A DNA stretch of 32,000 bases from the NCBI RefSeq assembly GCF_000981785.2, contig NZ_CP011304.1, positions 30,001 through 62,000 of the forward strand, given 5' to 3'. The translations under genes and the position numbers were made by a program. The notes under the pieces are model-generated. The model did no database searches and was not told the origin of the DNA. It was given only the letters and a program-made list of their open reading frames with translations. This stretch comes from Microcystis aeruginosa NIES-2549. GTDB taxonomy: Bacteria; Cyanobacteriota; Cyanobacteriia; Cyanobacteriales; Microcystaceae. Below, in pieces: positions 19,721 through 26,982 of the stretch (position 1 is its first letter; each line of letters begins with the position of its first letter).

Positions 19721-20977
19721 ATGTTGCGAATTATCACAGAGCCATGGTCAGCCAGAACGGAACTGAGACGAATTCGGGAACGGTTCGACGATCCGGAAAT
19801 TCGGGAAAAAGAATCGCTTGTCCGAGAGATTGTCGATCAGGTGCGACTCATTGGCGATCGCTCGTTGGTGGATTACACGGAAAAATTCTACCAACAGTCC
19901 CTTAATCTACAGCAGCTTAGGGTGAGTGGAGCGGATCTGGATGCTGCTTATCAACAGGTGTCGCAGGATTTACTAACTGCGATCGCTGTTGCCTGTGAAA
20001 AAATGGAGGCTTTTCATCGTCAGCGTCTTCCCAAAGCTTGGGTGCAGTTTCCTGAGGATGGTACGGTTCGGGGGAAACGTTATCAACCGATTAACAGTGT
20101 GGGAATTGTTGTTCCCGATGGTAAACGGGCCTATCTCAGTTTATTGCTCCAACAGGCGATTCCTGCCAAAATAGCGGGGGTTAAACGGATTGTCATGGTA
20201 TCTCCTGCCGATGAGGATTTACGCATCCATCCGGCGATTTTAGTGGCAGCCCAATCGGTGGGTATTAGTGAGATTTATCGGGTGGCTGGACCACAGGCGA
20301 TCGCCGCTTTAGCCTACGGCACAAAAACGATCGCTCCCGTGGAGATGATTGCTGGAATAGGTGATTTTTATACTAATTTGGCTAAAAAACTGGTTTCTGA
20401 CCATGTAAAAATCGATTGTCTCTCTATTACTTCTGATTTGGTTATTATTGCCGACAGTCAAGCTAATCCCAGACAGTTGGCCCTAGATCTATTAGCGCAA
20501 GCGGAACAGTATTCCCTAGCGGCAGCGATTTTATTGACGACGGATAAGGCTTTGGGACTAATAGTACAGGAAGAAGTACAAAAACAGTTACAGATACATC
20601 CCCAGAGATTGTTAACGGAAAAAGCGATCGCTCATTATGGTTTAATCGTGGTGGTGGAATCATTGGCAAAAGCGATCGAATTATCGAATCTTTTTGCTCC
20701 TACCCATTTATCCTTAATGATTGATGAGCCTTGGGAAAAGCTATCTTCTTTGAGACAATCGGGAACTATTCTCCTCGGTTCGACTACTCCAAAAGGGGTG
20801 GCTGATTATTTAGGTTGTCCCGTGGGAGTGGAAACTTTTCTCGATTCCGCCACTTTGATCGAATATCCTGCCGATTCTTTCGCCTCCATAGCCCATAATC
20901 TGCAAATATTAGCGCAAGCGGAGGGCTTGACCGCAACGGATGCGGGTATAAAATCCCGAGGTGAGGACAAGAACTAG
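19721..20977 (+). CDS. Histidinol dehydrogenase (HisD) family protein with a degenerate active site
   Basis: 418 aa, HisD-like throughout (MLRIIT..., PQAIAALAYGT). Catalytic and zinc motifs are altered: QAEQ instead of QAEH, APTHL instead of APEHL, no NHVLPT, and LTAT instead of LTAH. Confidence 0.8.
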   Translation: MLRIITEPWSARTELRRIRERFDDPEIREKESLVREIVDQVRLIGDRSLVDYTEKFYQQSLNLQQLRVSGADLDAAYQQVSQDLLTAIAVACEKMEAFHRQRLPKAWVQFPEDGTVRGKRYQPINSVGIVVPDGKRAYLSLLLQQAIPAKIAGVKRIVMVSPADEDLRIHPAILVAAQSVGISEIYRVAGPQAIAALAYGTKTIAPVEMIAGIGDFYTNLAKKLVSDHVKIDCLSITSDLVIIADSQANPRQLALDLLAQAEQYSLAAAILLTTDKALGLIVQEEVQKQLQIHPQRLLTEKAIAHYGLIVVVESLAKAIELSNLFAPTHLSLMIDEPWEKLSSLRQSGTILLGSTTPKGVADYLGCPVGVETFLDSATLIEYPADSFASIAHNLQILAQAEGLTATDAGIKSRGEDKN

Positions 20978-20982
20978 AAAAA

Positions 20983-22197
20983 CTATAATCTTCTCAAAGC
21001 AACTATTGGGTCTAATTTAGCGGCACGATGAGCGGGAACAACACCGAAAATCAGACCGATGGCACTAGAAACTCCTAAAGCGAGAATTATGGCAGGGATT
21101 GAGACACTGGTGGTTAAAGCGGCAAAAATTCCCGCTAGATACATTCCTTGAATGCCGACAAAAATCCCGATAATTCCGCCCGTGGTGGCTAAAATCACGG
21201 ATTCAATGAGAAATTGACCTTTGATATCCCCTTCTTTCGCTCCTAAAGCCTTTCTTAACCCGATTTCTTGGGTTCTTTCCGTGACTGACACGAGCATAAT
21301 ATTCATGACACCGATTCCCCCGACAAAAAGGGAAATACTGGCGATCGAGGCTAACATTCTAGTTAAACTATCGTTAGTTTCTTTGGCCATTTCTAAGACT
21401 GCGGTTTGGGGGAAAATCTGCACATAATTCTCGTCGCTGACCTGATGACGCATTTGCAGCAGGTTGCTAATCTGAAACTGAGCGGCTTTAATTTGGGCAG
21501 AGTTTTTGGCCAAGACAGAAATATGAGTCAGGGGAATGCCATAGATAGCTCTGCGGCCTTGAACCTGATTAGACATGGTAGTTAGGGGAATTAAGGCTCG
21601 ATCGTCCTGATTAGTCTCAAATAAGGAGCCTTTCGCCTGTAAAACTCCAATGACTTGAAAACTAAGATTGCCCATGCGAAGATTTTCGCCGAGGGGATTG
21701 CGATTACCAAAGAGATTTTTAGCTAATTCCGATCCCAAGACAATCACGCGATTATCCCGTTTCAGGTCAGATTCCATAATAAATCTACCTTTAGATAGTT
21801 GACGGTTACGCACGTTTAGGTACTGGGATCCCACCCCAATCAGGGGACTATTACTGGTTCTATTACCGAAGGATAAAATTCTTGTACCGCTCAATTCGGG
21901 AGAAATGGCGGTAATGGCGGGAACTTGAGATGCGATCGCTTGAGCATCTTCGTAGGTGAGGGGCCGGGGATTAGGAATTGTCCGCCGGACATTGCGCGAG
22001 GAAGTAGAAACAAATAAAACATTCGGACCGAGGGCTTCAAACTGCTCGAGGGCGACTTTTTGCGCTCCTTCACCCACTCCCACTAGGGCAATGACGGAGG
22101 CGTTACCGATAGCAATTCCTAGCATGGTCAGACCACTACGCAGTTTATTGCCCATCAAAGCGGAAAAAGCCATTTTCAGGTTTTCGAGCATTTCCAT
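20983..22197 (-). CDS. ABC transporter permease, MacB/FtsX family
   Basis: 404 aa. N-terminal TM helix, a large periplasmic domain, and a C-terminal FtsX-type 3-TM bundle (RTQEIGLRKALGA motif). Confidence 0.9.
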   Translation of the reverse strand: MEMLENLKMAFSALMGNKLRSGLTMLGIAIGNASVIALVGVGEGAQKVALEQFEALGPNVLFVSTSSRNVRRTIPNPRPLTYEDAQAIASQVPAITAISPELSGTRILSFGNRTSNSPLIGVGSQYLNVRNRQLSKGRFIMESDLKRDNRVIVLGSELAKNLFGNRNPLGENLRMGNLSFQVIGVLQAKGSLFETNQDDRALIPLTTMSNQVQGRRAIYGIPLTHISVLAKNSAQIKAAQFQISNLLQMRHQVSDENYVQIFPQTAVLEMAKETNDSLTRMLASIASISLFVGGIGVMNIMLVSVTERTQEIGLRKALGAKEGDIKGQFLIESVILATTGGIIGIFVGIQGMYLAGIFAALTTSVSIPAIILALGVSSAIGLIFGVVPAHRAAKLDPIVALRRL

Positions 22198-22210
22198 GGT
22201 TAGTTACATT

Positions 22211-22248
22211 CAGTGATCAGTAAACAGTAAACAGTAATCAGTAAACAG
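22211..22248. repeat. (CAGTAAN) heptad array, 5 units
   Basis: The sequence cagtgat cagtaaa cagtaaa cagtaat cagtaaa, read directly. It begins 13 nt upstream of the permease start. Confidence 0.9.
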
Positions 22249-22273
22249 GGATAAAGATAAAGATAACTAACTA

Positions 22274-22487
22274 GGGTTTGCTGAAAAAGTTTTTCGGTGG
22301 GGGCAGGGTGTGGGGTGTGGGGTGTGGGGTGTGAGGTTTTACCGGTTTTGAGGTGGCCAATTACCTAATTTTTAGGGAAAAAGTCCAGGGATTTTCCCCC
22401 TGATCACTCCCATACCTGGTACTTTTTGATTGACAAAAAGTCTAAAAGTCTTACCCAACAAGGTTTTTAGATTTATTCAGCAAACCC
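22274..22487. mobile_element. MITE (214 bp) related to the IS at 15360-17041
   Basis: Its ends GGGTTTGCTGAAAAAG... and ...TTATTCAGCAAACCC match the IS termini. Flanked by direct TAACTA. No ORF. Contains a (GTGTGGG)n G-rich tract. Confidence 0.75.
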
Positions 22488-22512
22488 TAACTAACTAACT
22501 AATTAACTTAAA

Positions 22513-22601
22513 ACTTACATCTGATAACTGATAACTTACATCTGATAACTGATAACTGATAACTGATAACTGATAACTGATAACTGATAACTGATAACTG
22601 A
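22513..22601. repeat. (GATAACT) heptad array: 2 units, a duplicated ACTTACATCT spacer, then 8 perfect units (22544-22599)
   Basis: Read directly. The array runs into the pgi stop codon at 22602-22604. Confidence 0.95.
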
Positions 22602-24176
22602 TTAGCGGGTAGAGATTTGGATCGTTTCTGGTTTACTTAAATCGCCGGTAATAGTTAAACTGCGCTGATTAGCGTTGAGATGACGGACGATTTTATAGAT
22701 AGCTTCAACTTGGTCACTAGCGCCGATTTTAGCCGCTAGTGTGGTTAGGTCGAGAGCGGTTCCCGTTTCCCGAACAACTTGCACGATTTTTCTTTGTAAA
22801 TCCAGAATGGAAGCGGCGGCTTTTTTCCCTGCTTCTACCCCCGGTTGATGGTAGGCGTTAATATTAACTAAACTAGCATAGAAACTAACGGCCCGTTCGT
22901 AGAGGGCAATTAAGGCCCCTACCTGACGGGGAGTAACCTCTGGGATAGTGATAGTGATAGAGTGACGACTATTTTCGTATAAAGCTTGTCGAGTACCTTG
23001 CAGTAATCCTGAGAGAAAATCGCCAGCAGTGGAGCCAGTTTCCACTTCCATGGAATCTCCTTGTCGGTCTTTTAACACTTCAATAAAAGTGGCGAAGAAA
23101 TTGGGAATCCCTTCGCGTAATTGTTGAACGTAGGCGTGTTGGTCCGTGGAACCTTTGTTACCATAGACGGCGATACCTTGGTAAACCTTATTACCATCGA
23201 GGTCTTTTTCTTTACCGAGGGACTCCATGACCAATTGTTGCAGATAGCGGCTAAAGAGATAGAGACTGTCTTTGTAGGGCAGAATCACCATATCTTTCTC
23301 TCCCTTGCCCTTGCCCTCATGATACCAAGCTAGAGCCAGTAGGGCGCTAGGATTTTTTTTCAGGTTATGGACGCGGGTGGCGATGTCCATTTCTTTGGCC
23401 CCGGCTAACATTTCATCGATGTCGATACCCTGCAAAGCGGCCGGGAGAAGACCGACGGCGGATAGTTCTGATGTACGACCACCGACCCAATCCTGCATGG
23501 GGAAACGAGTTAGCCAATCTTGGGCGTATTTGTCCAGTTGGCTACCAGGCATAGTGACGGCGACCGCGTGTGGCGGAAAGTCTAAATCTTGTTTTTCGTA
23601 AGCGTTGCGGACTTCTAACATTCCGTTTCTCGCTTCGGGAGTGCCGCCGGATTTACTGGTGACGATAACCAGGGTGGTAGCTAGGGGTAAATGGGCTAAG
23701 GTGCGATCGATGCCTTTAGGGTCGGTATTATCAATAAAAGCAATCTCTAAGGGGGGATTAAGGGGGGATAGAGCCTCGGCAACGAATTGGGGACCCAAAG
23801 CAGACCCCCCGATGCCTACACAGAGGATATGGCTAAATTTTGCCCGATTGGGCGGCTTAATCGCTCCGGAGTGAATTTTCTTGACAAATTCTTTGATCTG
23901 TGCTAGGGGTTCGGTGATTTCGTCCCGCAATTCCTGGTTAGGAGCGAGTTCAGGAGCGCGCAGCCAGTAGTGGCCGACCATACGCTGTTCGTCAGGATTG
24001 GCGATCGCACCCTGTTCTAAAGCTGCCATATCTTGGAAAGCACGCTCAAATTTTGCTTCTAGACCTTTGAGAAAAGCCTCATCGAAGGGAATCCGACTGA
24101 CATCGAGATAAAGTTCTAGGTTAGGGTGATAGTATAACCAATCTTGGTAACGTTGCCAGAGTTGCAGATTATCCAT
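22602..24176 (-). CDS. pgi: Glucose-6-phosphate isomerase
   Basis: 524 aa. Cyanobacterial PGI-type sequence with GIGGSALGP and the SKSGGTPE motif. Confidence 0.97.
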   Translation of the reverse strand: MDNLQLWQRYQDWLYYHPNLELYLDVSRIPFDEAFLKGLEAKFERAFQDMAALEQGAIANPDEQRMVGHYWLRAPELAPNQELRDEITEPLAQIKEFVKKIHSGAIKPPNRAKFSHILCVGIGGSALGPQFVAEALSPLNPPLEIAFIDNTDPKGIDRTLAHLPLATTLVIVTSKSGGTPEARNGMLEVRNAYEKQDLDFPPHAVAVTMPGSQLDKYAQDWLTRFPMQDWVGGRTSELSAVGLLPAALQGIDIDEMLAGAKEMDIATRVHNLKKNPSALLALAWYHEGKGKGEKDMVILPYKDSLYLFSRYLQQLVMESLGKEKDLDGNKVYQGIAVYGNKGSTDQHAYVQQLREGIPNFFATFIEVLKDRQGDSMEVETGSTAGDFLSGLLQGTRQALYENSRHSITITIPEVTPRQVGALIALYERAVSFYASLVNINAYHQPGVEAGKKAAASILDLQRKIVQVVRETGTALDLTTLAAKIGASDQVEAIYKIVRHLNANQRSLTITGDLSKPETIQISTR

Positions 24177-24376
24177 AAAAAAAAGCGAAATTTTTGTTTA
24201 ATTACTCGTTTAGGAGAGATAAGATTCTATCCTCTCCAATCATCATACAGGTAGTTTTAGACTAGAAGTTGACGGTTAAGCATATATTATGGGGTTGGCA
24301 AAATGTTAACAGTGACGGAACTATCCCCTAATTGTTCGGTTTGCTGGTGTTGGCTGTTGATTTTTTAACTGGTTCT

Positions 24377-25384
24377 ATGGCTATCTACTCATCCCCTCTC
24401 AAAATCGGTAACTTAGAAGTGCATAGCCGCGTCTTGCAATCACCTTTATCCGGTGTCACCGATTTAGTGTTTCGGCGCTTGGTGAGACGCTTTGCTCCTG
24501 ATTCCATGCTCTATACCGAGATGGTCAACGCGACAGAAATCTCCCAGCTGCAAGAGTTACCGCAATTGATGGTTATCGGGGACAAAGAACAACCAATTAG
24601 TATGCAGTTATTTGATTGCCGTCCCGATTTTATGGCTGTGGCGGCGGAAAAAGCGGTTAAAGAAGGAGCGATGACCATCGATATTAATATGGGTTGTCCA
24701 GTTAATAAAATTACTAAAAAAGGCGGCGGTTCTTCGCTTTTACGACAGCCAGAAATTGCCGAGCAAATTGTTAGGGAAGTCGTGGGAGCGGTATCGGTGC
24801 CGGTAACGGTGAAAACTCGCTTGGGATGGAACGCCCAAGAGATTAATATTATCGATTTTGCCCGTCGTTTAGAAGATGCGGGAGCGCAAATGTTGACCCT
24901 GCACGCACGCACTAGGGAACAGGGTTATCACGGGCCGGCCGATTGGCAATGGATTAAACGGGTGAAGGAGGTTTTATCGATTCCTGTCATTGCTAATGGT
25001 GATATTGTTTCTGTGGAAGCGGCGATTAATTGTTTGGAATTTACCCGGGCTGATGGGGTGATGTGTTCGCGGGGAACCCTCGGTTATCCCTATTTGGTGG
25101 GGGAAATCGATTATTACCTCAAAACAGGCAAAAAGTGGCCGAAACCCACCTCTATTGACCTGTTAAGCCTAGCTAAAGAGCATTTACAGGGGCTATGGCT
25201 ATACAAGGGACAACGCGGTATTTGGCAAGCTCGGAAACATCTGGCTTGGTATTGTCAGGATTTTACCGGTGCGGCGGTTTGGCGCGATCGGTTTTCGCGC
25301 ATCGAATCCCTGGGGGAGGGCTGTGATTTGATTGATGGAGCTATTGCCCAATTAAACCTTGAAAACGAGAATATTTACAGATAA
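24377..25384 (+). CDS. tRNA-dihydrouridine synthase (Dus family)
   Basis: LQSPLSGVTDLVFR, DINMGCPVNKITKKGGGSSLL, VTVKTRLGW and LTLHARTREQGY. The ATG at 24377 is preferred over the TTG at 24332. Confidence 0.9.
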   Translation: MAIYSSPLKIGNLEVHSRVLQSPLSGVTDLVFRRLVRRFAPDSMLYTEMVNATEISQLQELPQLMVIGDKEQPISMQLFDCRPDFMAVAAEKAVKEGAMTIDINMGCPVNKITKKGGGSSLLRQPEIAEQIVREVVGAVSVPVTVKTRLGWNAQEINIIDFARRLEDAGAQMLTLHARTREQGYHGPADWQWIKRVKEVLSIPVIANGDIVSVEAAINCLEFTRADGVMCSRGTLGYPYLVGEIDYYLKTGKKWPKPTSIDLLSLAKEHLQGLWLYKGQRGIWQARKHLAWYCQDFTGAAVWRDRFSRIESLGEGCDLIDGAIAQLNLENENIYR

Positions 25385-25484
25385 TGATCGCACCGACCCG
25401 CTATCATCAACCTTGAATGATATTATTAGTCTAAATCTCGGTCGGGTGCAGTGATTGGTTAGACAGATGGACTTTAGATGAAGT

Positions 25485-25669
25485 TTATGGAGATTTCCAC
25501 TCTCCCTCTGGGATCATGGCTGTAATCATGATGTTAGGCAATGTTCCGGTGGGTAAATCTCTCCCTTGATGGTAAGGTACGATAACTTGAGTATCTTGAT
25601 CCCTTCAAAGTTATACTTGCGTAATATGCGCTCAACCTCGTCAGCATTCATTCTCCCGAGTCGAGTCAT
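25485..25669 (-). pseudogene. hicA: hicA-like toxin remnant (internal out-of-frame deletion)
   Basis: The ATG at 25669 overlaps the hicB stop (ATGA). The N-terminus MTRLGRMNADEVERILRKYNFE is HicA-like. The C-terminal half (QDTQVIVPYHQGRDLPTGTLPNIMITAMIPEGEWKSP) is readable only in another frame. The central GSH-type segment is absent, and the first frame stops after 47 codons at 25526. Confidence 0.55.
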
Positions 25670-25869
25670 CCGACCATAACCTCACGGATTACTGCTCCGG
25701 GTAGAAGGTCGATAGCATCAGGTTGTAAATAAAGCTCGATCGCTTCGCGTATATTTTTGAGAGCTTCCTCTTGTGTAATACCGGCAGATGTGCATCCGGG
25801 CAGTTCTGGACACCAAATTGCCCATTCGTTTGTATCGGGATCGGGTTCAAGTATCACTCGCCATTTCAT
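25666..25869 (-). CDS. hicB: HicB-family antitoxin (UPF0150-type, 67 aa)
   Basis: MKWRVILEPDPDTNEWAIWCPELPGCTSAGITQEEALKNIREAIELYL is the typical short HicB fold signature. Confidence 0.8.
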   Translation of the reverse strand: MKWRVILEPDPDTNEWAIWCPELPGCTSAGITQEEALKNIREAIELYLQPDAIDLLPGAVIREVMVG

Positions 25870-26080
25870 AGGGACTAAATACTTAGAGAATTACCCAAGA
25901 TGATAATAGATGGACTCCACAAGCATAATCAATGCTCAAGCCCGGGATGACTCGATAGTGGTTCACGTTGAAAGTGCCAAGGGTTCATTATGCCCAAAAG
26001 CAATATCAGGCTGATGTTCACGGTATTTACTCAACGTTCAATGACCTGTTTTTGATCCTAAGTGATTGGTTAGATCGCTC

Positions 26081-26356
26081 CTAATTCTTACCTAGAATCT
26101 TGTCATACTCGGAGTGCGACCCAACCCAGAACCAAACTATCTTTTCTTCATCTGACTTTTTAATCCCTAATGCTCGCCATCCAATGCCGACTCTGACTGA
26201 CCAGATTTTTTCTCTTGGTTTCACCTCTTTGAACTCTAGGCTGGGGTGAAATGGATTTTCTTTCCAAATCTCGTAATTTTTCTTGGCTGTTTCTTGTACC
26301 CTTTGCGGCAAACTGAGAAAAAGTTGACGAAACCTCTTGGTTCTGGCTGACTTCAT
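26081..26356 (-). CDS. RelE/ParE-superfamily toxin (91 aa)
   Basis: Pattern ...WSVRVGIGWRALGIKKSDEEKIVWFWVGSHSEYDKIL is typical of cyanobacterial RelE/ParE-like toxins. Its ATG overlaps the upstream gene's stop (ATGA). Confidence 0.75.
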   Translation of the reverse strand: MKSARTKRFRQLFLSLPQRVQETAKKNYEIWKENPFHPSLEFKEVKPREKIWSVRVGIGWRALGIKKSDEEKIVWFWVGSHSEYDKILGKN

Positions 26357-26580
26357 TCTTCTCCAAAGCCTTTATCTTCTGTTCTCCCCTCTTGTTCTTC
26401 TATCAGGGCTTCCTGTGCCATTGTTATTAAAGCTCCCAATTCCAGATCTTCGTTAGAAAGGCTTTGCTGCCATTTTAATTCACTTTCAATATCTTCCAGC
26501 AATTGTTGAGCGAGTTCATCCTGAAGAGACTCTGGCAGTTTCTGGATTTCTGTGAATGCTTTTTGCAACAGAGTAGTCAT
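26353..26580 (-). CDS. Cognate antitoxin candidate (75 aa, acidic, helical)
   Basis: Position and 4-nt overlap with the toxin gene. Acidic helical protein (LQKAFTEIQKLPESLQDELAQQLLEDIESE...). Confidence 0.65.
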   Translation of the reverse strand: MTTLLQKAFTEIQKLPESLQDELAQQLLEDIESELKWQQSLSNEDLELGALITMAQEALIEEQEGRTEDKGFGEE

Positions 26581-26634
26581 ATTTTGTTAATGTTTTACAG
26601 GCATCGGACTATTTTACTACTTTTTCTACTCTCT

Positions 26635-26951
26635 ATTAATTATCCAGAAACTTTCCGAATAAGGAGAGTAAGGATATGCCGAAAGTTTCCGCATATCACC
26701 CCGTTTTGTCGATTCCTGACAATCAGCCGAAATAACATCAGCTTTTCCCCCGGAATTTTAGCACCAATTGTTCAATCTGACTGCACTTCGTAACAAAAAT
26801 TTACAACTCGATTATAAGCGATCGCACTCCCGTCCGTCGCTGTGCCTAGATGTTTTTAGATTATTATCATTTGCTTGAATCAATGACCATGGTGTGTTCC
26901 CCAAAATCGATCGCTGCAGCGGTAGGACTCGCATCAGGGAACGCACTTTAC
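26635..26951 (+). repeat. R1: copy 1 of a ~316-bp direct repeat
   Basis: Aligns end to end by eye with 28372-28687 (about 38 differences including a 1-nt indel, roughly 88% identity). Confidence 0.9.
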
Positions 26952-26982
26952 CATATCTACCCTAGCGGCGATCATACTGCAC

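Noticed and set aside
25390-25449. Long-range stem GCACCGACC / GGTCGGGTGC just after the dus gene's stop, a possible terminator or att site.
   Set aside because: 9 bp with a bulge, a 41-nt loop and no U-tract. It may mark the island boundary, but the evidence is too weak to call.
26676-26735. A 19-codon micro-ORF in R1 (MPKVSAYHPVLSIPDNQPK) preceded by a perfect AAGGAG.
   Set aside because: In R2 the SD is destroyed (AACCAG) and the ORF stops after 11 codons. The apparently conservative changes are explained by the palindrome flip. I kept it only as a remote leader-peptide possibility.
26790-26804. GTA-N9-TAC (gtaacaaaaatttac) in the most conserved block of R, reminiscent of an NtcA site.
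   Set aside because: The canonical NtcA site is GTA-N8-TAC, centred about 41 nt upstream of a TSS. The spacing here is N9, and the site lies downstream of the only good -10 box.
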